A stretch of 32,000 bases of DNA from Pseudodesulfovibrio piezophilus C1TLV30. Lineage in GTDB: Bacteria; Desulfobacterota; Desulfovibrionia; Desulfovibrionales; Desulfovibrionaceae. The position numbers and the translations under genes were made by a program. A model generated the notes under the pieces. That model worked only from the letters and a program-made list of their open reading frames with translations, did no database searches and was not told the origin of the DNA. Numbering within the stretch: position 1 is the first letter of the stretch; every line of letters starts with the position of its first letter. Where the stretch lies: positions 2,400,001-2,432,000 of the forward strand of contig NC_020409.1 in NCBI RefSeq assembly GCF_000341895.1, given 5' to 3'. Positions 24,722 through 32,000 of the stretch are shown one piece after another.

Positions 24722-26848
24722 ATGCTGACGAAAATTTTCCCCTTTATCGGCTGGTTCAAAGGGTACACCATGGCGGCTTTCCGGGCCGATGCCATTGCGG
24801 GCCTGACTGTGGCCCTCGTACTCATTCCACAATCCATGGCGTATGCGCAGCTTGCGGGTATGCCTGCGTATTATGGGCTGTATGCCTCGTTTCTGCCTCC
24901 TCTTGTCGCTGCATTGTTCGGGTCCAGCCGTCAATTGGCTACCGGTCCTGTGGCAGTGGTCTCCCTGATGACGGCAGCCTCCCTTGAGCCTTTGGCAACG
25001 GCTGGCAGTGAAGGATACGTTGCCTACGCCATTCTGCTTGCCCTGATGGTCGGTGTTTTCCAGTTTCTGCTTGGGGTGCTCAAGTTGGGACTGGTGGTCA
25101 ATTTCCTGTCGCATCCAGTTGTCAACGGGTTTACCAATGCCGCCGCCATTATCATCGCCTCTTCCCAGTTGTCGAAGATGTTCGGCGTCTCGGTGGATAA
25201 AGCGGAGCATCATTATGAAACCATTATCCGTGTGGTGCAATCCGCAGTGCATTACACCCATTGGCCCACGCTGGGTATGGGTGCGCTCGCCTTTGGCATC
25301 ATGATAATCCTAAAGCGGGTCAATCCGAAAATTCCCAATGTGCTGGTGGCTGTCGTCGTGACCACGGTGCTCTCATGGAGCCTGGGGTTCAATCATGACC
25401 GTCAGGCAGCGTTGGAGACTATTGAAGTTCCGGCTGTTCGTGAAGCAGTCGCCGACTTCAACAAAACCATTATCGGGATCGATCAGTTAGCCGAGGGCCG
25501 GACCCGTCTGAACGGCGATATGGATGAAGCCAAGGCTTCAGGCGATGTGGTCGGCGTGCTTGATGTTGAACATGATCTCAGTGTCATCAATATCAGGATA
25601 TCCCGTCTCAAGCATGAAGCCCATACTTTGCGCGAATCCCTGCGGTCCACACTGCTGGCGGGCGTGACAGGAGCGGACGGCTCCATGACTTTCTATGAGC
25701 ATGGCAAGGTGCCTGCCGGAATGACGGGTGACGGCCGTATCTGGCGTCTCAAAGTCGGTAATTCGCGGCTTGATCCGACTGATTTGAAAATGATGGGTGG
25801 TGGAGCCGTTGTCGGTACTGTTCCCTCGGGTATCCCCGCCATCTCTGCACCGCATCTCGATCTCAAGGTCATTCTTCATCTGCTGCCATTTGCCGCGATT
25901 ATTTCCCTGCTTGGTTTCATGGAGGCCATCTCCATTGCCAAGGCCATGGCTGCCAAAACCGGCCAGCGTCTTGATCCCAACCAGGAACTCATCGGACAGG
26001 GGCTGGCCAACATGCTCGGAGCTTGTGGCAAGAGCTATCCGGCTTCTGGTTCCTTTTCCCGTTCAGCGGTCAATCTCCAGGCGGGAGCGGTGACGGGCAT
26101 GTCGAGTGTTTTTACCTCACTTATGGTCGTTATTGCACTGCTTTTCTTTACTCCTCTGCTCTATCATTTACCTCAGGCTGTTCTGGCTGCGGTCATCATG
26201 ATGGCGGTCATCGGGCTAATCAATGCGTCAGGCTTTATCCATGCATGGAAGGCGCAGTGGTATGACGGGGCCATCTCCATTCTGTCATTTATCTGCACAC
26301 TGGCTTTCGCCCCGCATCTGGATAAGGGCATCATGGTTGGCGTCTCCCTGTCCCTGCTTGTCTTCCTGTACAAGTCCATGCGCCCCAGAGTGGCGAACCT
26401 GTCCCGGACCGAGGATGAATCCCTGCGCGATGCCACGGCATTCGGCCTTCGGGAATGCGATCATATAGCTCTGGTCCGGTTCGATGGTCCGTTGTTTTTT
26501 GCCAATGCCAGTTTCCTTGAGGATCAAATTACCGAACGGCTGATCTCCAGTGACAAGCTTCGGCATATCATCATTGCCGCGAACGGAATCAATGATATGG
26601 ATGCTTCCGGTGAGGAAGCCCTGTCCCTGATCGTGGACAAGGTGCGCGCAAGAGGACTGGATATATCGCTCTGCGGAGTCAATGAAGCCGTCATGGCTGT
26701 GCTTGATCGAACGCACTTGATGGAGAAGATCGGCAGGGATCATGTCTACCCGACCATGGAAACCGCCATTTGCGCCACGCATGAGCACGCGCATCAGGGG
26801 GCCGAGGAAGAGGGCTGTCCGCTGACTTCGGTGTGTCACCTCTCGTAA
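24722..26848 (+). CDS. SulP/SLC26-family anion transporter with C-terminal STAS domain and a large internal insertion
   Basis: The N-terminal core reads AGLTVALVLIPQSMAYAQLAGMPAYYGLYASFLPPLVAALFGSSRQLATGPVAVVSL. The repeat-2 entry motif is VVGTVPSGIPAISAP. The STAS domain reads ALVRFDGPLFFANASFLEDQI...NGINDMDASGEEAL. An AAGGAAGAGG RBS is present. Confidence 0.92.
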   Translation: MLTKIFPFIGWFKGYTMAAFRADAIAGLTVALVLIPQSMAYAQLAGMPAYYGLYASFLPPLVAALFGSSRQLATGPVAVVSLMTAASLEPLATAGSEGYVAYAILLALMVGVFQFLLGVLKLGLVVNFLSHPVVNGFTNAAAIIIASSQLSKMFGVSVDKAEHHYETIIRVVQSAVHYTHWPTLGMGALAFGIMIILKRVNPKIPNVLVAVVVTTVLSWSLGFNHDRQAALETIEVPAVREAVADFNKTIIGIDQLAEGRTRLNGDMDEAKASGDVVGVLDVEHDLSVINIRISRLKHEAHTLRESLRSTLLAGVTGADGSMTFYEHGKVPAGMTGDGRIWRLKVGNSRLDPTDLKMMGGGAVVGTVPSGIPAISAPHLDLKVILHLLPFAAIISLLGFMEAISIAKAMAAKTGQRLDPNQELIGQGLANMLGACGKSYPASGSFSRSAVNLQAGAVTGMSSVFTSLMVVIALLFFTPLLYHLPQAVLAAVIMMAVIGLINASGFIHAWKAQWYDGAISILSFICTLAFAPHLDKGIMVGVSLSLLVFLYKSMRPRVANLSRTEDESLRDATAFGLRECDHIALVRFDGPLFFANASFLEDQITERLISSDKLRHIIIAANGINDMDASGEEALSLIVDKVRARGLDISLCGVNEAVMAVLDRTHLMEKIGRDHVYPTMETAICATHEHAHQGAEEEGCPLTSVCHLS

Positions 26849-26872
26849 CGACCAGAAAACAGGGAGTATATA

Positions 26873-28090
26873 ATGTCTGTCGTCACAGTATTCAATGGCC
26901 TGTTCTCGGATGCTGGCACCGTGATTCAGCGTGTGCTGGAACAAACAGGTTACCGTCTGGTTTCGGATCAAGAAATCGTTGCCGAAGCAGCTGCTCTTTC
27001 CGGGATGGCCGAAGGCAAGATAGCGAGAGCCTTTCACGCCAAGACATCGGTTTTCAACGCTTTCAGTCATGAAAAGGAGCGAGGTATCGCCTGGCTGCGT
27101 CTGGCCATGGCCAAAAAGCTCCTGGATGAGGAGCGCTTGCTCTTTTCCGGCTTTGCCTCCCACCTGCCACCGGCTGATATCGACCATATCCTGAAGGTGT
27201 GTCTGATATCGGAAATGAAGGAACGGTTGCATGTTGCCGAGCGTGCCGAAGGGTTTGCCAGAAAGCATGCTCTTCGCTTGCTTCACAAGGATGATGAAGA
27301 CCGTGCCGTTTGGGTTCAGACCCTCAAGGAATGCGATGATCCGTGGTCCAGTAGGCTCTATGATCTCATCGTCCCCATTTCCAAGGTCGGGGTGGAAAAG
27401 AGTGCTGAGCTTGTCGTTGAACAGCTCGGCAATGCCGCAGTCATGGTGACTGATTCATCGCGTTCCAAGGTCGAGGATTTTTATCTCGCAGCTCGGGTAC
27501 AGACGGTTCTGGCAGGGGAAGGGCATAATATCCAGGTTTCTGCCAGGAAGGGGACGGTCACCCTGACGATCAATAAGCATGTCATAATGTTGGAACGGCT
27601 GGAGCGTGAACTCTCGGATATCGTCAGCCATCTGGATGGTGTCAAAAAAGTTGAGGCAGGAGTGGGCAAGGCGTTTCACAAGACGGATATCTACCGCAAG
27701 GCGGATTTCGCTGTACCATCCAAGGTCCTGCTGGTCGATGATGAACGGGAATTTGCACAGACCTTGTCCGAACGTCTGATGATGCGTGACATGGGATCTG
27801 CCGTGGTCTACGATGGAGAATCCGCCCTGGACCTGGTGAGCGAGGATGAACCTGAGGTCATGGTGCTTGATCTGAAGATGCCGGGTATTGATGGTATTGA
27901 GGTTTTGCGGCGTGTGAAAAGGGAACACCCCGAGATCGAAGTCGTGATTCTCACCGGGCATGGTTCGGAAAAGGACAGGGATATCTGCATGGAATTGGGG
28001 GCATTTGCCTATCTCCACAAGCCAGTGGATATTGATGTCCTGAGTGAAACCCTGCGTGCCGCCAATGAAAAAATTCGCTCTGCAAAATAA
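26873..28090 (+). CDS. Response regulator with N-terminal cytidylate-kinase-like domain, central BON-like domain and C-terminal REC
   Basis: The cytidylate-kinase-like family signature reads HILKVCLISEMKERL...LLHKDDEDRAVWVQTL...DPWSSRLYDLIV. The BON-like segment reads DFYLAARVQTVLAGEGHNIQVSARKGTVTLTINKHV...LDGVKKVEAG. The REC reads VLLVDDEREF...VMVLDLKMPGIDG...VVILTGHG...LHKPV. Confidence 0.82.
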   Translation: MSVVTVFNGLFSDAGTVIQRVLEQTGYRLVSDQEIVAEAAALSGMAEGKIARAFHAKTSVFNAFSHEKERGIAWLRLAMAKKLLDEERLLFSGFASHLPPADIDHILKVCLISEMKERLHVAERAEGFARKHALRLLHKDDEDRAVWVQTLKECDDPWSSRLYDLIVPISKVGVEKSAELVVEQLGNAAVMVTDSSRSKVEDFYLAARVQTVLAGEGHNIQVSARKGTVTLTINKHVIMLERLERELSDIVSHLDGVKKVEAGVGKAFHKTDIYRKADFAVPSKVLLVDDEREFAQTLSERLMMRDMGSAVVYDGESALDLVSEDEPEVMVLDLKMPGIDGIEVLRRVKREHPEIEVVILTGHGSEKDRDICMELGAFAYLHKPVDIDVLSETLRAANEKIRSAK

Positions 28091-28113
28091 GTGAGAGAAG
28101 TTCTGGGAACACT

Positions 28114-29865
28114 ATGTCGATGGTGAGCAAGTTCAAGCCGCAATTCTGGGATACTGCCGGGGACGCCGGGCTGAACAGAAATCTGTTCAATTACCGGCGT
28201 ATCTGGCGGTTCGCCATCATGCTGCTTGCGGCTGTGGCTCTTATCCCTCTGCTCACGCTTGCTTTTATCGACTACAATGTCACCCGGCATTCCATGGAGT
28301 CGGAGAATCTCCTGCTGACGGCCCGTACGACGTCGAATGTGCGGCGGACCGTGTCCTACTTTCTGGAAGAGCGGGCCAATGCCTTGGATTTTCTGGCCAA
28401 GAAGGAAGGCATTGCCAACTTGCGCGACGAAGCGAATCTTGCCAAAGTGCTTTCCTCGCTCAAGGGAAGCTTCGGTGGTTTTGTGGATATCGGAATTATC
28501 GATAGTGAAGGGCACCAGGTCGCGTATCTCGGGCCGCATGATCTCCTTGGGCGTGATTACAGTCAGCAGGACTGGTTTCGCAATACTCTGATCAGGAATA
28601 CGTATATCAGTGGTGTTTTCCGTGGTTTTCGGGATGTGCCGCATCTGATTGTCGCCCGAAAAGTCATAGATGAGCATACCGGCAATGCTTTTGTGCTCAG
28701 AGCAACGTTGGATACTGAGAAATTTAACGCGATTCTGTCTTCTTTGGACCTTTCCGGTGGTGGAGATGCCTTCATGGTCAATACGGTCGGCATCATCCAG
28801 ACGCCGTCTGCCAGACATGGAGAGCTGCTGTCTCGGGTGGATTTGCCCATTCCCGAGTATTCGGAGAAGACCAGCGTGCTCAGGGAGACCGGCAAGGAAG
28901 GCGACGAATATACTGTGGGTTATGCTTATGTGACAGGCACTCCGTTCATTGTCATGGTTGTCAAGAACACCGTGGAACTGATGAAGCCCATGCAGACGAT
29001 TCGGCTGGAATTGACCTGGCTGCTGTTTGTCACGGTGGCTATCATATTGCTGGTCATTATCGGAGTCGCAACCTATATGGTTGACAAGATTTACATTGCC
29101 GATCAAACCAGAGCCAGGACATTGCATCAGATGGAGCATACCAATCGCATGGCTTCCATCGGTCGGTTGGCGGCGGGAGTTGCGCATGAAATCAACAACC
29201 CCCTTGCCATTATCAATGAAAAAGCGGGGTTGACCAAGGACCTCTTTGTCTTTAGCCAGAAGTACGAGAAAGACGATAGGCTGATTGCCAACATTGATTC
29301 CATTCTTTCCTCAGTGGCCCGGTGCGGGAAGATTACCAAACGATTACTGAGTTTTGCACGTCATATTGATGTGCAAATCGACAGTATCCGGTTTCAGGAA
29401 TTGGCGGATGAGGTCATTGGTTTCCTGCAAAAGGAAGCGGAATATCGTTCAATTACCATTACCATGGACATTCCGCAGGACCTGCCGGAGTTCACCTCTG
29501 ACAGGGGCAAGTTGCAACAGATTTTTCTCAATCTGATCAATAATGCCTTTCAGGCCATGAATGATGGGGGGCACCTGATAATCTCGGCTCACAGGATTGG
29601 GAGCGATTCTCTCCGGTTCGTCGTGGGGGATGACGGGTGTGGTATTTCGGAGAGTGACCTGAAACAAATTTTTGATCCTTTCTTCTCGACCAGAAAGAAG
29701 ACCGGTGGCACTGGACTGGGGCTCTCCATCACGTATGGTCTGGTGCAGGAATTGGGTGGTTCCATGACTGTGGAAAGTGAGGTCGGTGTGGGAACTGCAT
29801 TCACTGTGACCATGCCCCTGACTATAACAAAAAAGGCTGGAAACAATGAAGATTCTGCTAGTTGA
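28114..29865 (+). CDS. Sensor histidine kinase with periplasmic Cache-type domain
   Basis: Two TM helices flank a ~270-aa Cache-like region (GFVDIGIIDSEGHQVAYLGPHDLLGRDYSQQDWF...AFMVNTVGIIQTP). The H-box is AAGVAHEINNPLAIINE, the N-box is LINLINNAFQA, the G1 box is GDDGCGI and the G2 box is GGTGLGLSITYGLV. Confidence 0.9.
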   Translation: MSMVSKFKPQFWDTAGDAGLNRNLFNYRRIWRFAIMLLAAVALIPLLTLAFIDYNVTRHSMESENLLLTARTTSNVRRTVSYFLEERANALDFLAKKEGIANLRDEANLAKVLSSLKGSFGGFVDIGIIDSEGHQVAYLGPHDLLGRDYSQQDWFRNTLIRNTYISGVFRGFRDVPHLIVARKVIDEHTGNAFVLRATLDTEKFNAILSSLDLSGGGDAFMVNTVGIIQTPSARHGELLSRVDLPIPEYSEKTSVLRETGKEGDEYTVGYAYVTGTPFIVMVVKNTVELMKPMQTIRLELTWLLFVTVAIILLVIIGVATYMVDKIYIADQTRARTLHQMEHTNRMASIGRLAAGVAHEINNPLAIINEKAGLTKDLFVFSQKYEKDDRLIANIDSILSSVARCGKITKRLLSFARHIDVQIDSIRFQELADEVIGFLQKEAEYRSITITMDIPQDLPEFTSDRGKLQQIFLNLINNAFQAMNDGGHLIISAHRIGSDSLRFVVGDDGCGISESDLKQIFDPFFSTRKKTGGTGLGLSITYGLVQELGGSMTVESEVGVGTAFTVTMPLTITKKAGNNEDSAS

Positions 29866-30196
29866 TGACGAAGTTGAACTGGTTTCCGCAATGGCTGAAC
29901 GGCTTGCCCTGCGTGGTCTGGACGTGGCCTGGACCGATAATGGGGAAAAAGCGCTTGAAATAGCTGCCGACGGTACGTTTGATGTCGCGGTCCTGGATAT
30001 GAAAATGCCGAAACTCGGCGGACTGGAATTGCGTCGTCTGCTTTCGGAGAAACATCCACAGATGAAGTTCATTTTTCTGTCCGGCCATGGTTCCGAAGCA
30101 GACTACAAAGCCGGAACCGCCGCTGCGACCTGTTATTTGATCAAGCCTGTTGATCTGGAAGAACTTATGGCCAAGATTCAGTGCTGCGACTGCTGA
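29846..30196 (+). CDS. Single-domain CheY-like response regulator
   Basis: The sequence reads MKILLVDDEVELV...VAVLDMKMPKLGG...FIFLSGHG...LIKPV. It overlaps the upstream HK by 20 nt and ends in QCCDC. Confidence 0.9.
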   Translation: MKILLVDDEVELVSAMAERLALRGLDVAWTDNGEKALEIAADGTFDVAVLDMKMPKLGGLELRRLLSEKHPQMKFIFLSGHGSEADYKAGTAAATCYLIKPVDLEELMAKIQCCDC

Positions 30197-30214
30197 GGTC
30201 GTGGGGGAGATATC

Positions 30215-30844
30215 ATGAAGTATAGTGCGGAGACACAGCAGAGCTTGCAATTTTTCGGCACAATCAGTGCGTCCGTTTCTCATGAGATCAAAAATGTTTT
30301 TGCTGTGATCAACGAAGGGGCCGGACTTCTGAGTGATCTGGCCCTGATGGTTGAAAAGGGTGTCCCGGTGGACCCGGAGCGTCTTACGCGGGCGGCAGCG
30401 ACCATTCAGGGACAGGTTCAGCGCGGTGATGCCATTGTGCGAAACATGAATCGGTTTTCACATTCGACTGACGATGCGGTTCAGGAAGTGAATCTCTGTG
30501 ATATTGCGGAACTGACCGTGTCCTTGACCAGACGGATGGCCGATATGAAGCAGATACAGCTCCAGTTGGAATGTGCTGATCCGGTCATGGTTCAGGCTGC
30601 ACCATTTTTCCTTATCCGCCTTATACACGAAATTATTGCCTGTTTGATGGAGGCTGTGGAATCCGGGGGGACGCTTGTCGTGACCACTGGAGAAAAAGAC
30701 GGTGTCGGAGATATGACCTTTTCTGTTCCGGGACAGACCGTTGCATTGATGAATGAAGCGAATCCCGGACAATTGGCCCATGACATGGGCCTCTCCCTGA
30801 CGACAGACAAACACGCCAAAACCCTGAACCTGCGCTTCAGGTGA
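30215..30844 (+). CDS. Soluble histidine-kinase-like protein with intact DHp His but degenerate ATP-binding domain (pseudo-kinase, or phosphotransfer/phosphatase candidate)
   Basis: The DHp segment FGTISASVSHEIKNVFAVINEGAGLLSDL is paralogous to the upstream HK (GVAHEINNPLAIINEKAGLTKDL). The N-box Asn is replaced (LIRLIHEIIACLMEA). I could not recognise G1 (DxGxG) or G2 (GxGxG) boxes. Confidence 0.72.
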   Translation: MKYSAETQQSLQFFGTISASVSHEIKNVFAVINEGAGLLSDLALMVEKGVPVDPERLTRAAATIQGQVQRGDAIVRNMNRFSHSTDDAVQEVNLCDIAELTVSLTRRMADMKQIQLQLECADPVMVQAAPFFLIRLIHEIIACLMEAVESGGTLVVTTGEKDGVGDMTFSVPGQTVALMNEANPGQLAHDMGLSLTTDKHAKTLNLRFR

Positions 30845-30898
30845 GCCGCGAAAAAGAGTAAAATACAATGTATTCTTATTTAGCAAGGAGCTGTTCTC

Positions 30899-31327
30899 AT
30901 GGCTGAAAAAGTACTGCTTATCGACGATGAAACGGAGTTCCTGGAAGCCCTGTCCGAGAGAATGCGAATCAGGGGCATGAATGTCAGTACTGCGGATTCC
31001 GCGGATTCCGCAGTCACGGCCATTGACAATGCCGATTACGATGCCATTGTGCTTGATCTTCAGATGCCGGATATGAACGGTATAGAAATGCTCAAGATTA
31101 TCCGGAAAAGTCACCCTGAGATGCAGGTCATCCTGCTCACCGGGCAGGCCACACTGGAAGCCGGAATCCAGGCCATGAAGCTTGGAGCCATGGATTTCAT
31201 GGAAAAGCCTGCTGATATTGATTCCCTGACGGAAAAAATCAAGAAAGCCCAGGCCAAGAAAATGGTGCTGGTGGAGAAGCGGACTGAAAAAAAGGTCAAG
31301 GACATCCTGAAAACCAAGGGGTGGTAA
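30899..31327 (+). CDS. Single-domain response regulator with short basic C-terminal tail
   Basis: The sequence reads KVLLIDDETEFLEAL...AIVLDLQMPDMNG...VILLTGQA...FMEKPADI. An AAGGAG RBS is present. Confidence 0.9.
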   Translation: MAEKVLLIDDETEFLEALSERMRIRGMNVSTADSADSAVTAIDNADYDAIVLDLQMPDMNGIEMLKIIRKSHPEMQVILLTGQATLEAGIQAMKLGAMDFMEKPADIDSLTEKIKKAQAKKMVLVEKRTEKKVKDILKTKGW

Positions 31328-31377
31328 TCGGGATAAATGACGATTTTGACGCACCTGCTTGCAGGTGCGTGTGAAAA

Positions 31378-31408
31378 GGGTCTTGGCGTGCGGTCAAGGT
31401 CCTTTTTT
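31378..31408 (+). terminator. Candidate Rho-independent terminator ending the SulP/signalling operon
   Basis: gggtcttg-gcgtgcggt-caaggtcc forms an 8-bp stem with two G-U pairs, followed by TTTTTT (31403-31408). A separate perfect 10-bp inverted repeat, acgcacctgc-tt-gcaggtgcgt, lies at 31349-31370. Confidence 0.5.
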
Positions 31409-31470
31409 CATGTGAACGGGCCTAAACTGATCCTGTTTTTGCTCCGAAAAGAGGAGATCACGAACACGTC

Positions 31471-32000
31471 ATGATCAACGGAAACACCATGCAGCAGCCA
31501 CTGTTTTTCTTGCATATTCCAAAGACAGCCGGGACCACGTTCAATGCGATCCTGAACGACAATTTTGCTCCCGAGAGTATTTTTGATCTCTATACGGACA
31601 CCCAGCAGGAGCGGCTTCGGCAAACAACCTATGCGGAAATTGCGCGCTACAAGTTGGTGCGTGGTCATGTTTTTATTACCGATTTTGCGGAGATACTGGA
31701 CGGTCCGGTTCGGTTCCGTCCATTCACTTTTCTGCGCGATCCCGTGGAGAGGGTCGTCTCCGAGTACTTCTTTCTCAAGTCGTGGCCCAAAAGTCATATG
31801 TATCGGTTTCTCAATGACAACAAAATTTCATTGGTCGAATATGTAACCAGCGACCAGCCTGAATTACGTATGCGTGGCAGAAACGGCATGGTCAATTCTC
31901 TTTCCGGGGTCGGGCTTTCCTCCATTGAAGAAGGGGTGGAAAAAGCGTGGTTTCATCTCTGTGAGCGGTTTGTCGGCTTTGGCCTGTTGGAACGCTTTGA
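31471..32000 (+). CDS. Sulfotransferase-family protein, partial (runs off the window end)
   Basis: My own translation gives MINGNTMQQPLFFLHIPKTAGTTFNAIL...FTFLRDPVERVVSEYFF. HIPKTAGT is a PAPS 5'-phosphosulfate-binding motif, and RDPveRvvS is a 3'-phosphate motif. GAGGAG lies 14 nt upstream. The ORF is absent from the ORF track because it has no stop in the window. Confidence 0.72.
   Translation, partial: MINGNTMQQPLFFLHIPKTAGTTFNAILNDNFAPESIFDLYTDTQQERLRQTTYAEIARYKLVRGHVFITDFAEILDGPVRFRPFTFLRDPVERVVSEYFFLKSWPKSHMYRFLNDNKISLVEYVTSDQPELRMRGRNGMVNSLSGVGLSSIEEGVEKAWFHLCERFVGFGLLERF

Noticed and set aside
26285-27286. 333-aa minus-strand ORF
   Set aside because: It is antisense to the SulP STAS region and the kinase-like/BON/REC gene, both of which have clear family motifs on the plus strand. 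Its composition (Gly/His/Arg/Gln-rich) is typical of a shadow ORF.
28009-29187. 392-aa minus-strand ORF
   Set aside because: It is antisense to the Cache histidine kinase, which has unambiguous H, N, G1 and G2 boxes. It is a shadow ORF.
30458-31354. 298-aa minus-strand ORF
   Set aside because: It is antisense to the pseudo-kinase and the last receiver gene. It has no RBS or motif and is a shadow ORF.
1-32000. CRISPR arrays, tRNA/rRNA genes, intact IS elements or integrases, long tandem repeats
   Set aside because: I scanned the intergenic regions by eye. I found no spaced direct repeats, no cloverleaf-like GC-rich ~75-nt segments, and no transposase or integrase motifs. Absence cannot be proven without tRNAscan, Infernal or repeat finders.

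Overview
Chromosomal window of mid GC content by eye. Protein similarities suggest a marine Desulfovibrio-type sulfate reducer, but that is a guess. From left to right: (1) A decayed accessory patch at 1-2627. It holds a frameshifted RhuM-family pseudogene and a degraded YD/RHS-repeat gene. The intact 3' end of the RHS gene still encodes the RHS core, a DPNGL cleavage motif, a Gly/Ala-rich toxin tip and a 61-aa two-TM immunity candidate. (2) Housekeeping genes: a Cache-type MCP, a beta-carbonic anhydrase and an RhlE-like DEAD-box helicase. (3) A minus-strand flagellar block. It starts with monocistronic flagellin and its terminator. Then comes a sigma54-type promoter driving a tightly packed operon: ECF-like sigma factor, flgD, flgE, flgK, flgL, fliD. 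(4) A translationally coupled operon: OmpR-type response regulator, TonB-dependent-receptor-like barrel, YfiR/DUF4154 periplasmic protein and CHASE8-HAMP histidine kinase. (5) A multi-PAS hybrid histidine kinase. (6) A TetR gene with two near-identical 10-4-10 palindromic operators. It is followed by a SulP/STAS transporter with a ~140-aa insertion, then a five-gene signalling cluster: cytidylate-kinase-like/BON/REC protein, Cache histidine kinase, CheY-like REC, pseudo-kinase and REC. (7) A partial sulfotransferase at the right edge. I saw no rRNA, tRNA, CRISPR array or intact IS element. The best candidates for undescribed biology are three. First, the sigma54-driven ECF-type sigma factor as first cistron of the hook/HAP operon. 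Second, the TBDR-YfiR-CHASE8 kinase module, a YfiBNR-like system with phosphorelay output. Third, the SulP-linked multi-REC/pseudo-kinase cluster. All domain calls come from motif recognition by eye, with no searches run.
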